Positions 1-9,893 of a DNA stretch of 64,000 bases are shown in pieces (position 1 is the stretch's first letter; each line of letters opens with the position of its first letter). A model generated the notes under the pieces. The model saw only the letters and a program-made list of their open reading frames with translations, made no database searches and was not told the origin of the DNA. This stretch comes from an uncultured Merdimonas sp. (lineage in GTDB: Bacteria; Bacillota; Clostridia; Lachnospirales; Lachnospiraceae): contig CALWBB010000001.1 of NCBI GenBank assembly GCA_944375885.1, forward strand, positions 42,166 through 106,165. Direction: 5' to 3'. Both the position numbers and the translations under genes were made by a program.

Positions 1-729
1 TTCGGCGCGTCCCTGGCGGGAGCGCTGGGGCAGAGAACCGTCTTTTTGTGCTCCGCCTGCGCATGGCTGCTGGTGGCGGTGCTGTTCCTCGCGATGGGAA
101 AGCATATGGCCTCCTTCAAAAAGGAGGAACGGGCAAGGGAGAAAAAGAAGACGGGAGCCTTCCTTCTTTCCCGGGGTGTGGTGCCCTACATGCTGCTGGT
201 ACAGTTCCCCTACGTGATCATCAACAGCTTTGTGTTCTACTATGTGCCGATATACGGAGACGCCCACGGCTTAAGCGAGAGCATCGTCTCCCTGCTTTTG
301 ATGCTGAATTCTCTGTGCAGCGTGTACTTAAGCGTGTCGGTGACCAATTATGTGAGCCGGAAATTTGGCCAGGGGAGCATCTATCTTTCCACGGCCCTGT
401 CGCTGGCGGCCCTGCTTCTGTATGGATTTAACGATTCGATAGAAATGATGATTTTCATCCTGCTGATTCTGGGCATAGCTGCCAGCTTCGGGACAGCAGT
501 GCGCCAGGTATACTTTTCTAGGCTGCCTGGAGTGCCGCAGTACGGGGAAGAATCGGCCATGGGCATCTACAGCTTTATGGATAATATAGGGGAATCCGCC
601 GGCCCGATGCTTTTTGGCAGCATTATGTCAGCGCCCAGCGTCCTTCCGGGCCTGGCAGCGTTCGCGGGAGTGTCTGCGGTCATGAACGGGCTGTACGCAG
701 CCGTTTTCGGGAGAAATAAAAAGCAGTGA
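1..729 (+). CDS. MFS-type transporter domain, C-terminal part (open at window start)
   Basis: Frame is open from base 1 (FGASLAGALGQRTVFL...). Multiple hydrophobic helices with MFS-like C-half motifs (SRKFGQG, MGIYSFMDNIGESAGPMLFG). Confidence 0.75.
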   Translation, partial: FGASLAGALGQRTVFLCSACAWLLVAVLFLAMGKHMASFKKEERAREKKKTGAFLLSRGVVPYMLLVQFPYVIINSFVFYYVPIYGDAHGLSESIVSLLLMLNSLCSVYLSVSVTNYVSRKFGQGSIYLSTALSLAALLLYGFNDSIEMMIFILLILGIAASFGTAVRQVYFSRLPGVPQYGEESAMGIYSFMDNIGESAGPMLFGSIMSAPSVLPGLAAFAGVSAVMNGLYAAVFGRNKKQ

Positions 730-743
730 GAGGAGATAAGGGG

Positions 744-2390
744 ATGGAGAACAGGCCAAGGAAAAAACTGAGCCGGAAAATGATAGGCATCTGCAGCGGC
801 TTCGCCCTGATATTGAGCGCGGTTCTGGGAAGCTTGGGATTTTATACCTACTACCACAATATCATGGATCAGTACCAGCAGTACATCGAGACGATTATCA
901 GCATCTCCAGAAGCTATATTGACGCGGACGATATGACGGAATGCATAGAGACCGGGGAAAAGAGCGCGCGGTATGAGGAGACGCAGAAATCCCTGGACAA
1001 TATTAAAAATCATTCCCAGGTGGAGTTCATTTATGTGATAAAGCCGCTGAATGACGGGGCGGTGGACAATGCCATGTATGTCTGGAACGCGGTAGAGGAA
1101 GGGGAAGTAGAGGAGTTTGGCGTGATCGATTCCCTGGGAGATCTGTCCGGGGAAGGCTTCCCGGAAGACATGGCCGGGCATTTCCTGGGCGCCATGGACG
1201 GCGGAGAAGAGGTCACTTATATCAGCAACCGTTCAGAGGAGTTTGGCTATGTGCTGACCGGCCTTTATCCTGTCCTTGACTCACAGGGGCAGGCGCAGGC
1301 CCTCATCGGCGTCGATATTCTGATGGATAAAATTTATACCGATCTGCAGCAGTACCTGATCTTTGTGGTGGCGGGAACCCTGATAGTAGGGGCCCTGTTC
1401 CTGATCCTATTCCTGCGGCAGCTGAATAAAAGCGTCATCGCCCCCGTGGCCCGCATGGCGGAGAGCGCGGAGGATTTCGTGCAGCAGAGCGGGAAGAAGC
1501 CGGATCCGTCGGAACTTCATTTCCGGGATCCCCAGGTCCATACGGGAGACGAGGTGGAGCTTTTAAGTGAAAACCTGAATAAGATGACAGCGGAGCTGGT
1601 GGAGTATATGGGGAACCTAAAACAGGTGACGGCGGATCGGGAGCGGATCGGCGCGGAATTAAGCGTGGCCACAAGCATTCAGTCCAGTATGCTGCCCCGG
1701 ATCTTCCCCGCTTTCCCAGAACGGACAGAGTTCGATATTTACGCGGAGCTCAAAGTGGCCCGGGAGATGGGGGGAAGCTTCTACGATCTCTTCCTGGTGG
1801 ATGAAAACCATTTGGCTGTGGTCATGGGAGAGATCGCGGGAAAGGGTATCCCGGCGGCCCTTCTGATGGTGATCACGAAGACGCTGATCAAAAATTACGC
1901 CCAGATGGGATACAGTCCGGCAAAGGTATTTTCCGAGACGAACAACCAGCTGAGCGAGAGCAATGAAGGGATGACGACCACGGCTTTCTTAGGGGTCGTA
2001 GATCTGACAGACGGAAAGTTTGAATATGTGAATGCTGCCCACTGCACCCCGCTTCTGAAGCATGCCGGCGGTGAGTTTGCCGCCCTGCCCGCGAAAGACT
2101 GCTTTGTGCTGGGAAGCATGGCGGGCGTACCCTACTGGCAGCAGTCTGTACGGCTGGTTCAGGGAGACCTTCTGTTCCTCTATACCAAGGGGCTTCCCGA
2201 GGCCGAGAACGCTTCCGGCGTACAGTACAGTGAGGATCACATGCAGATGCGCCTGAACCAGGCGCTGGGAGAAGCCTATGAGCTTCCGGACATCGTGCGG
2301 CTTATGCAGCAGGATGTGGAAACATTCCTTGGCGGGGCGGTCCGGCAGCAGGATATCGCCATGCTGCTTCTGCGGTATTTTGGAAAATAA
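744..2390 (+). CDS. Membrane sensor-HAMP-SpoIIE/RsbU-type PP2C domain protein, catalytic Asp residues degenerate
   Basis: Two TM helices, HAMP (TGDEVELLSENLNKM), ERIGAELSVATSIQSSMLP linker, PP2C-like motifs GGSFYD, GEIAGKGIPAAL, LYTKG, QQDIAML. AGGAG RBS before ATG 744; alternative GTG start at 726. Confidence 0.85.
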   Translation: MENRPRKKLSRKMIGICSGFALILSAVLGSLGFYTYYHNIMDQYQQYIETIISISRSYIDADDMTECIETGEKSARYEETQKSLDNIKNHSQVEFIYVIKPLNDGAVDNAMYVWNAVEEGEVEEFGVIDSLGDLSGEGFPEDMAGHFLGAMDGGEEVTYISNRSEEFGYVLTGLYPVLDSQGQAQALIGVDILMDKIYTDLQQYLIFVVAGTLIVGALFLILFLRQLNKSVIAPVARMAESAEDFVQQSGKKPDPSELHFRDPQVHTGDEVELLSENLNKMTAELVEYMGNLKQVTADRERIGAELSVATSIQSSMLPRIFPAFPERTEFDIYAELKVAREMGGSFYDLFLVDENHLAVVMGEIAGKGIPAALLMVITKTLIKNYAQMGYSPAKVFSETNNQLSESNEGMTTTAFLGVVDLTDGKFEYVNAAHCTPLLKHAGGEFAALPAKDCFVLGSMAGVPYWQQSVRLVQGDLLFLYTKGLPEAENASGVQYSEDHMQMRLNQALGEAYELPDIVRLMQQDVETFLGGAVRQQDIAMLLLRYFGK

Positions 2391-2405
2391 GTTCCAGGAC
2401 ACAAG

Positions 2406-4523
2406 CTACCAGCAGAAAATCTGGCGGATCTTCAGGTAGAAATCCGGATTGTTCAGGAGGATGTCATTGGTCTCGTTGGAGAAGATCAGGAACAGTCCCC
2501 GCAAAACCGTGACAAGGAAGGCGCAGAGCACAATCACATAGAGGAAGCGTGCGGAGCGTGTCCCGTCAAAATGGATAAGATCCAGCGCCATGATAAAGGA
2601 GCAGAGGCTTAAAGCCAGGCCCAGATCGCAGACATAGCGGATATGGATGCCGCCCAGCATAAAATTGAGATAGCCTAAGATCAGGATTCCCACGAGAAGG
2701 CAGGCAGGAACCAGCTTTTTCCGGGAATCCTTTTTTTCGCGGAACCGGGTTCCAAGAAGAGGGATCAGAAGGAAGAGCCCAAAATTCAGGGGCATCTGGA
2801 AGAGGCCCGCGCTGTACTCTTGATAGAGATAGTTCCCAAAATCCATAGATTTTTCGGCGGTAAAGCGCAGGAAGGGAAAGCTCTTCAGCTGGACAAAGGA
2901 CTCCGCAAAATAGTGGTAGAGCATAGAGCCAAAATGGCGGAGGCTGAAGCCCAGGCTGTTGAAGCGGATATCGCTTTCCGTGAGCTGGTAGGCGGTTCCA
3001 AATTCAAAGACGGAGCCAAAGCGGATATAATTGTAGTACATAATAGCTGCCGCTCCGACAAGGACGGGAACCAGGAAGGGGCAGGCAGCCTCCAGGAGCC
3101 GCTGCCGCCAGCTCAGATTCCGTTCCGTGAGGATCCGCAGGAACAGAGGCGCCGCGAAGGCAGCCGCCAGCAGAGCCATATTCGGGCGGGAAAGCACCAG
3201 CATGACCAGTGAGACGCCGCAGAGGAAAAAGAGCAGGATCCGCCGGCGGATGTGGGAAACCGGGCCTGCGGCAGGGCGGCAGGCCAGAAAGCCCCAGGAT
3301 GCCAGGGCAGTAAAGGCGGCCAGCCAGCCGGCGGCGGCGATAAGCGGCAGGTAATAAAAGCTGGAAGAGGAAGCCTGCATCAGGTACAGAAAGCTTCCGC
3401 AGGGCACGGCCATCTCGCCCAAAAGAAGCAGCAGGAGATTAGCCCGGGGCGTGAACAGGCGGATCAGGGCGTGGACAGCCGCAAAAATCATGACGACGGC
3501 AAAGACTGACAGGAGAAAGCCCGCGAAGGCTGTCGTGGGCAGCATGCCGGTCAGCCAGTATACCGGATAGTAGACCATAAAAAGCGGAGCCAGGCCGAAA
3601 TAGGAATAGTATTTCCCATTATAGTAAGCCCTGTCCCAGTGATAGGAGACTTCTTTTTTGTCACGCTCCCCTGTGTCGTAGGGATTGTCCAGGGAAGCAA
3701 GCGCTGGATTCACATCCAGATCCAGGGCGATCTGGCCCTTTTCAAAGGCGTCCAGCTGCTGCATATAAGCATCTACCACCATTTCCGGGGAGCGGATCTC
3801 CTCCAGGGAGGGGTAGGGGCGCAGCAGGGCGTGGCTGGAATCCTGGGCGTAAAAGACTGCTCCGCAGGTGAGCAGGCACAAAAGCAGGACAGACAGGCTC
3901 ATCAGGCGGCAGCGGAGCCGGCCGGGCTGGTATTCCCGCCGGTAAATACGAAAGTGTACAATGAGGAAGAGCGCAGAAAACAGGAAAGCCATCAGAAGCA
4001 GGCGCAGGCCGTTCACCGACAGGGGCTGGCGCTCGTTCAGCGTCACGGAGAGAAGGAAGACCGGCTCGGCAGGCTCGTCCGTGAAGGTGACGCGCAGCCG
4101 GGAAAGGCAGCCACGGCTCTCAAGCCGTACGGTAAAGGTATTTTCCGTGCCGCCTGGGTTCACCTGGAAGCTTCCCGCCCCCACGGTCTTATAGGCGCTG
4201 GCCTCGTCGCAGATGCCGATATTCCCGGACAGGACGCCCGATGGGCCTGCCGTGCGGATGGTCACACTGCGCGCGGGCACAGAGAGATTGTCAAAGGAAA
4301 CCGTAGGGCTGTCCGGAAGCAGCGGCAGAGCTTCCCCGTTCCAGCCAGCTATGGAAGACAGATCGATCTCCGTCTGGGGATATCTGTCCGGATTCTGTGT
4401 GAAAAACGAAAAATGAAAGACGCCGATCTCGAGGATCAGGGCCAGAGCCACGGCAGCCAGAACTAAAATCAGGGCCTGGGCTCCCCGGGGCGCCCGGCGG
4501 AACTGCTGCAATACTTTTTTCAT
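2406..4523 (-). CDS. Polytopic membrane protein, probable GT-C-like glycosyltransferase/cell-surface modification enzyme
   Basis: About 12 hydrophobic segments plus extracytoplasmic loop with WDRAYYNGKYYSYFG, SRP, YNYIRFGSVFEFG and IRY motifs. Start placed at MKKVLQQ after a GGAGG RBS and downstream of a consensus promoter. Confidence 0.6.
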   Translation of the reverse strand: MKKVLQQFRRAPRGAQALILVLAAVALALILEIGVFHFSFFTQNPDRYPQTEIDLSSIAGWNGEALPLLPDSPTVSFDNLSVPARSVTIRTAGPSGVLSGNIGICDEASAYKTVGAGSFQVNPGGTENTFTVRLESRGCLSRLRVTFTDEPAEPVFLLSVTLNERQPLSVNGLRLLLMAFLFSALFLIVHFRIYRREYQPGRLRCRLMSLSVLLLCLLTCGAVFYAQDSSHALLRPYPSLEEIRSPEMVVDAYMQQLDAFEKGQIALDLDVNPALASLDNPYDTGERDKKEVSYHWDRAYYNGKYYSYFGLAPLFMVYYPVYWLTGMLPTTAFAGFLLSVFAVVMIFAAVHALIRLFTPRANLLLLLLGEMAVPCGSFLYLMQASSSSFYYLPLIAAAGWLAAFTALASWGFLACRPAAGPVSHIRRRILLFFLCGVSLVMLVLSRPNMALLAAAFAAPLFLRILTERNLSWRQRLLEAACPFLVPVLVGAAAIMYYNYIRFGSVFEFGTAYQLTESDIRFNSLGFSLRHFGSMLYHYFAESFVQLKSFPFLRFTAEKSMDFGNYLYQEYSAGLFQMPLNFGLFLLIPLLGTRFREKKDSRKKLVPACLLVGILILGYLNFMLGGIHIRYVCDLGLALSLCSFIMALDLIHFDGTRSARFLYVIVLCAFLVTVLRGLFLIFSNETNDILLNNPDFYLKIRQIFCW

Positions 4524-4583
4524 AATCCATTCGCCTCCCTTTCCGCAGGCCTTCCTCTTCGCAGGCGGCCTGCACTCATTTTG

Positions 4584-4612
4584 ATCATAGCAGAGGCGTC
4601 CGGAGGTGTCAA
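4584..4612 (-). promoter_or_regulatory. Sigma-A promoter of the membrane protein gene
   Basis: Reverse strand TTGACA-17 nt-TATGAT with TGn extended -10. Confidence 0.7.
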
Positions 4613-4704
4613 TCATCAGTCCCATGCGTATGCGCGTGGGGGACGGAGGCTGGCTTTGCCTGAGAAGACAGGCAGGGCGCCGTTCACGCAGATCAGATTC
4701 AGAA

Positions 4705-4733
4705 TTGACAAATATTCCGAAAAATTTTATGAT
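4705..4733 (+). promoter_or_regulatory. Sigma-A promoter of the cytidylate kinase-like gene
   Basis: TTGACA-17 nt-TATGAT. Confidence 0.7.
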
Positions 4734-4768
4734 TAAATCAGAAGAAAATAAAAATGGGAGGTGTGCAT

Positions 4769-5398
4769 ATGGAGAATTTCGTGATTGCGATAACGAGAAC
4801 CAGCGGCAGCGGAGCTACTTCCATTGGAAGAATCCTGGCGAAGAATCTCGGGGTGGAGCTGTATGACCGGAACCTTTTGCGGCTTGCTTCCGATGACAGC
4901 GGCATCAGCCAGGAACTGTTCGCCAGGGCGGACGAGGATCAGAAGCAGAGCCTTTTGTTCCGCGTATCCCAGAAGGTGTACAAGGGGGGTGTGATTCCGC
5001 CCGAGAGAGAGGATTTTACATCGAATAACAACCTGTTCAATTACCAGGCTAAGGTACTTCAGGAGCTGGCGGATGTGTCATCTTATGTGGTGATTGGCCG
5101 CGCCGCCGACTATGTGCTGCGTGACAAGCCGAACCTGGTGCGCGTCTTCATCTACGCGTCCAGGGAGAAATGTATTGAGAAGGAGATGAACCGCCAGAAA
5201 GTAGACTGGAAAAAGGCAGACCGTTTTATCACCAAGACAGATAAGTACCGCCGGGACTACTATCGGTATTTCACGGGCCAGGAGTGGGAGAATATGCGCA
5301 ACTACGATCTGTGCATCAATACCACAGCCCTGACCTTTGAGCAGGCGGCAAAGGCGATAGAAGATTTCGCAGCCAATATGCTGGGCTGGGAGAGGTAA
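4769..5398 (+). CDS. Cytidylate kinase-like family protein
   Basis: IAITRTSGSGATSIG P-loop variant, VVIGRAADYVL, RDYYRYFTG..W...YDLCINT. GGAGG RBS before MENF. Confidence 0.85.
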   Translation: MENFVIAITRTSGSGATSIGRILAKNLGVELYDRNLLRLASDDSGISQELFARADEDQKQSLLFRVSQKVYKGGVIPPEREDFTSNNNLFNYQAKVLQELADVSSYVVIGRAADYVLRDKPNLVRVFIYASREKCIEKEMNRQKVDWKKADRFITKTDKYRRDYYRYFTGQEWENMRNYDLCINTTALTFEQAAKAIEDFAANMLGWER

Positions 5399-5413
5399 GG
5401 CCGCAGGGAAGAA

Positions 5414-5444
5414 AGAAGGGGCTGTCGCTGGGACGGCCCCTTCT
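5414..5444 (+). terminator. Intrinsic terminator hairpin
   Basis: AGAAGGGGCTGTC / GACGGCCCCTTCT inverted repeat after the stop codon. Confidence 0.6.
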
Positions 5445-5520
5445 AATCATATGCGCGGGCTGCAACCTTTTCTATTGGGGGCGTAAGAAAGAGACTACAA
5501 AAGAGAAAGGAAACGACGCG

Positions 5521-6465
5521 ATGTCGGAAAAACGGGAATTTACTTTTGATTCCGGCGATGGACGGACAAAGATCCACACGGTCGAGTGGAGGCCAAAGGA
5601 GGGGGAGGTCTGCGGCGTGCTGCAGATCTTCCACGGAATGGCAGAGTTCATAGGACGCTATGAGGAGACGGCGGAGTATCTGACACAGCGGGGCTTTGTG
5701 GTGGTGGGAAACGATCACCTGGGCCATGGCGCTTCCATCGTCTCGAAGGAGGACTACGGGTTTTTCTGTGAAAAGGATGGGAATGCCGTGGTGCTGGGCG
5801 ATCTGAGAAAACTGCATGAGAGGACAAAAAAAGAGTGGCCGGGCGTCCCTTATTTTATCCTGGGACACAGCATGGGTTCCTTCCTGCTGCGCCAGTATCT
5901 GGGAAGATATGGGGAGGAGCTTGCGGGGGCAGTCATCATGGGCACGGGAACCCAGCCGGCGGCAGCGCTGAAAATGGGGAAGAAGCTCTGCGCCCTGCTG
6001 GCGAAGCTGCATGGCTGGCACTACCGGAGCAGGCTGGTGGACAGCCTTGCTTTTGGAGGATACCATAAGCACTTCCGGCCGGCCAGGACGGACAAGGACT
6101 GGCTGACAAAGGATGAGAAGATCGTGGACGCTTACCTGGCCGACGAACGCTGCACCTTCCGTTTTACGGTGAACGGTTATTATAACCTGTTTGCCAGCAT
6201 AGAAGAAGCCTCAAGACAGGACACAGTGAAAAAAATGCCAAAGGGCCTGCCGGTGCTGTTTATGTCTGGAACCGAGGATCCGGTGGGCGGGTTTGGAAAA
6301 GGGGTAGAGCGGGTGAGACGGCAGTTTGAGGACGCTGGCATGACAGATGTCACCTGGATCCTCTATGAAAATGACAGGCATGAGATTCTCAACGAGACAG
6401 ATCGGGCTGTGGTGCTGCGTGATCTGTATGCCTGGCTCTATGTGCGGGCAGAGGGGCTGCGCTGA
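5521..6465 (+). CDS. Alpha/beta hydrolase (lysophospholipase/Hydrolase_4 family)
   Basis: HGMAE, DHLGHG, GHSMG nucleophile elbow, D (GTEDPV) and H (RHEILNE) triad residues. Confidence 0.9.
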   Translation: MSEKREFTFDSGDGRTKIHTVEWRPKEGEVCGVLQIFHGMAEFIGRYEETAEYLTQRGFVVVGNDHLGHGASIVSKEDYGFFCEKDGNAVVLGDLRKLHERTKKEWPGVPYFILGHSMGSFLLRQYLGRYGEELAGAVIMGTGTQPAAALKMGKKLCALLAKLHGWHYRSRLVDSLAFGGYHKHFRPARTDKDWLTKDEKIVDAYLADERCTFRFTVNGYYNLFASIEEASRQDTVKKMPKGLPVLFMSGTEDPVGGFGKGVERVRRQFEDAGMTDVTWILYENDRHEILNETDRAVVLRDLYAWLYVRAEGLR

Positions 6466-6501
6466 CAGGAAATCAGGAACGTACTGGGGGAAGCACGTTT
6501 T

Positions 6502-8115
6502 ATGTATAAGGTATTGCTGGTGGATGACGAAGTCCTGATCCGGGAGGCGATCCGGCAGAACATCCATTGGGAAGAAATGGGATTTGAATTGATAGCAGGC
6601 TGTGAAAATGGGAAACAGGCCATGGAGGTGATTAAAAAGACGCCTCCGGATCTGGTGCTTACGGATATTTATATGCCTTATGTGGATGGCATCGAACTGG
6701 CACGTTATATCCATGAGCACTGCCCGGACACGCGGACGGTGATTATCAGCGGTTACGATGAATTTGAGTACGCGAAGCAGGCGGTGCGCTACCAGGTGAT
6801 GGAATATATCCTGAAACCAGTCACGCCTGCGGAGCTTACGGAAGTGCTGGAGAAGGCGCGTGCCAGCCTGGATGAGCAGCGCGCAAAGAGCGAGACGCTT
6901 AAAAAACTAAAAGGCGCCTACCGAAGCAATCTGCCTATTCTAAGAGGGCGGTTTCTGAACAGCCTTCTGCGCGGAGACGAGCGCGCGGAGGAACTGGAGG
7001 AAAAGATGCGGGAGCTGGAGATTTCTCTGCCGGGCACTGTGTTTAACACCGCTATTTTGGAGGGAGACGACCTGTCGCCCTTTGTGGACAGATATCCGGG
7101 CGTGCGGGATGAGCTTGCGTTTTTCTCGATCTGCAATATTACCCAGGAGCTGGTCGAACAAAAGGGGCTGGGGGTTGTCTTCCAGAACCTGGACGCGAAG
7201 ACAGTCGTGATTTTTGGCGGGAAGACGCCGGAAGAGCTAGAAAAAAATATGGAGGAGTCCCTGGAGGCTGTGCGCGGCACCATCCGGGAGCTGCTCCTGA
7301 TTGAGACGACGGCGGGAACGGGAGAGGCGGTTACGCAGCTGCCGAGGCTTTATCAATCCTATGAGAAGGCGCGGGCTGCCCTGGAGCAAAAATGGCTGCT
7401 GGGAGGAAACCGGGTGATCCGCCCGGATGCCGCCAGCCGGGGAAGAAGCCCCCTGCTGGACGTGCATCACTGGGCAGAGCGCGTCTTTTGGTTTGTCAAG
7501 GCAGGAAAAGAGGAAGAGATCGAGAGGACTATCCGGGACTTTGCCCAGGAGATCCGGGAAGCGCGGCCCAACCGGAACCGGGCCATCATCTATATGCAGA
7601 ATCTGCTTCTGGCGGTGGTGAACGCGGCTGATCTGGCGGAGGAACAGGAGGATCAGATTGTAAAAGAGGAAAAGGAGCTGATGAACAGGCTCTATACCTA
7701 CGAGCATCTGCGCGATATGGCGGCGGATATCATTTCCATCTGCTGCAGCATTTCCAGGCTTTTGAACGAGCAGCGGGACAGCTATGGGAAGAAGCAGGCT
7801 ATGAAAGCGCTGGAATATATCGAGAAAAATTATATGAATTCGGACGTGTCTTTGAATTCTGTCTGCAGCTACCTTGCCATGAGCACCAGCTACTTCAGCA
7901 CGCTTTTTAAGACGCACACAGGGGAGACCTTTATCGAGGCGCTGACAAAGAAGCGCATGGAGAAGGCAAAAAGCCTCCTGGAAAATACGTCGAAGCGGGC
8001 TTATGAGGTGGCGGAAGAAGTGGGCTTCGCAGATCCCCACTATTTCAGCGTCTCCTTTAAAAAGGCCACAGGAAAGACGCCTACGGAATACGCGAAGGAG
8101 AGACGGAACAGATGA
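6502..8115 (+). CDS. YesN-type response regulator (receiver + AraC HTH)
   Basis: LLVDDE, LTDIYMP, YILKP receiver motifs; C-terminal AraC motif EVAEEVGFADPHYFSVSFKKATGKTPTEY. Confidence 0.93.
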   Translation: MYKVLLVDDEVLIREAIRQNIHWEEMGFELIAGCENGKQAMEVIKKTPPDLVLTDIYMPYVDGIELARYIHEHCPDTRTVIISGYDEFEYAKQAVRYQVMEYILKPVTPAELTEVLEKARASLDEQRAKSETLKKLKGAYRSNLPILRGRFLNSLLRGDERAEELEEKMRELEISLPGTVFNTAILEGDDLSPFVDRYPGVRDELAFFSICNITQELVEQKGLGVVFQNLDAKTVVIFGGKTPEELEKNMEESLEAVRGTIRELLLIETTAGTGEAVTQLPRLYQSYEKARAALEQKWLLGGNRVIRPDAASRGRSPLLDVHHWAERVFWFVKAGKEEEIERTIRDFAQEIREARPNRNRAIIYMQNLLLAVVNAADLAEEQEDQIVKEEKELMNRLYTYEHLRDMAADIISICCSISRLLNEQRDSYGKKQAMKALEYIEKNYMNSDVSLNSVCSYLAMSTSYFSTLFKTHTGETFIEALTKKRMEKAKSLLENTSKRAYEVAEEVGFADPHYFSVSFKKATGKTPTEYAKERRNR

Positions 8116-9893
8116 AAAAGAATCCCCTGATGCGCTTTCGGAGCGTTCGGACTACCATCGCCGTCTCCTTTGGCGTCCTGGTAGCCTGCGCGCTCCTGGC
8201 TTATTTTATCATTTCCCTGCGGTACACAGAAAGCACCGTCCTGGAAAACTCCACAGAATACACCTCTCAGCTGATCGGGCAGGTAAACAACGACATTGAC
8301 TCCTACATCAGCTATATGGAAAATATTTCCTTTATTGTGGCCAGCAATTCCGATGTGAGAGACTACCTGTTTACGCTGGAGCTGGACGAAGAGCGGGAAA
8401 GAGGGCTGCGGGAAAGGATTGTCACCGTCTTTGAGACGGTGTCGGATACCCGGGAGGATATCACGAATATTGCCCTTCTGCCGGATGAGCGGGAACCCGT
8501 AATCAATGGGGGGACAGATGAGCTGAACCCATATACACAGATTACGGAGCTGGAATGGTATGAGAAGGCTCTCGCGGCAGAGGGACAGGCAGTCATTTCC
8601 ACCTCCCATGTGCAGAACGCCATTTCCGGGAAATATGACTGGGTGGTGACCTTAAGCCGCAGCATCACAAACAGCGCCAGCCCCGGCGTGAGGGGTGTCT
8701 TTTTCGTGGATCTGAATTACAATTCCATCAGCGATCTCTGCGAGCGCATCAGCCTGGGCGACAAGGGCTATATTTATATTCTGGATGAGGACGGAGGCAT
8801 CGTCTATCACCCCCAGCAGCAGCTGATCTACAGCGGCATGAAGGACGAGCTGATCTCTGAGGTGATGGATACGGAGGTCTCTTCGTTTCTGACCAGGGAC
8901 GGGAGACTGTATACGATCTCGCGCTCAGAGGCTACCGGCTGGATTGTCGTAGGGGTATCCTATGTGTCCGAGCTGATGGCGGGGGCGGATGAGGCGAGGC
9001 TTACATACCTTTTGGCAGCAATGCTGCTGCTTGCGGTGGCAATGCTGCTGGCTTTTCTGCTTTCCGGCGAGATTACCAAGCCGATTAAGGCCCTGGAACT
9101 CTCCATGAAAGAGGTGGAGAAGGGAAATTTCTCCCATGTAGCCCTGGAGGTGCGGGACAATAATGAGATCGGCCGCCTGAGCCGCAATTTCAATACTATG
9201 ACCCGGGAGATTCAAAATCTGATGGAACAGACGGAAAAGGAGCAGCGGGCGAAACGCCGGTATGAGCTGAAGGTGCTCCAGTCCCAGATTAACCCGCATT
9301 TCCTCTACAATACCCTGGATTCCATCATCTGGATGGCGGAGTGGGGAAAGAACCAGGAGGTCGTGAAGATGACCTCCTCCCTTGCCCGGCTTCTGCGCCG
9401 CAGCATCAGCAACGAACGGGAGGTCGTGACCATCGAGGAAGAGATCGACTATACCGAAGCGTATCTGACCATCCAGAAAATGCGCTACCAGGATAAGCTG
9501 GAATATGAGATAGACGCCAAGCCGGATATCTTAAAGGAAGAGACGGTCAAGCTGGTTCTTCAGCCGGTGGTGGAAAACGCCATTTACCACGGCATCAAAT
9601 ATAAGGAAGGCAAGGGCATGATTCAGATTCACAGCTTCCGGGATGGCGGGGATATTGTCATCCAGGTGCGTGACGATGGAAAGGGCATGGATCAGGACAC
9701 CCTGGATCACATTTTTGAAAAGCATGTCCGGGATACGAAATCAGGCGGCGTAGGCCTGCAGAATGTCCATGAGCGTATCCGCCTGTACTATGGGCCTGCG
9801 TATGGCTTAAGCTTTGAGAGCTGGCCGGGGGAGGGCACGCTTGTCTCGATCCGGCTGCCGGGAGGAAAGGGGGAGGCAGATGGGCAGGCATAA
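8112..9893 (+). CDS. YesM-type sensor histidine kinase (Cache-HAMP-His_kinase-HATPase)
   Basis: LQSQINPHFLYNTL H-box, LQPVVENAIYHG, DDGKGM, GVGLQNV; 4-bp overlap with the regulator gene. Confidence 0.93.
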   Translation: MKKNPLMRFRSVRTTIAVSFGVLVACALLAYFIISLRYTESTVLENSTEYTSQLIGQVNNDIDSYISYMENISFIVASNSDVRDYLFTLELDEERERGLRERIVTVFETVSDTREDITNIALLPDEREPVINGGTDELNPYTQITELEWYEKALAAEGQAVISTSHVQNAISGKYDWVVTLSRSITNSASPGVRGVFFVDLNYNSISDLCERISLGDKGYIYILDEDGGIVYHPQQQLIYSGMKDELISEVMDTEVSSFLTRDGRLYTISRSEATGWIVVGVSYVSELMAGADEARLTYLLAAMLLLAVAMLLAFLLSGEITKPIKALELSMKEVEKGNFSHVALEVRDNNEIGRLSRNFNTMTREIQNLMEQTEKEQRAKRRYELKVLQSQINPHFLYNTLDSIIWMAEWGKNQEVVKMTSSLARLLRRSISNEREVVTIEEEIDYTEAYLTIQKMRYQDKLEYEIDAKPDILKEETVKLVLQPVVENAIYHGIKYKEGKGMIQIHSFRDGGDIVIQVRDDGKGMDQDTLDHIFEKHVRDTKSGGVGLQNVHERIRLYYGPAYGLSFESWPGEGTLVSIRLPGGKGEADGQA

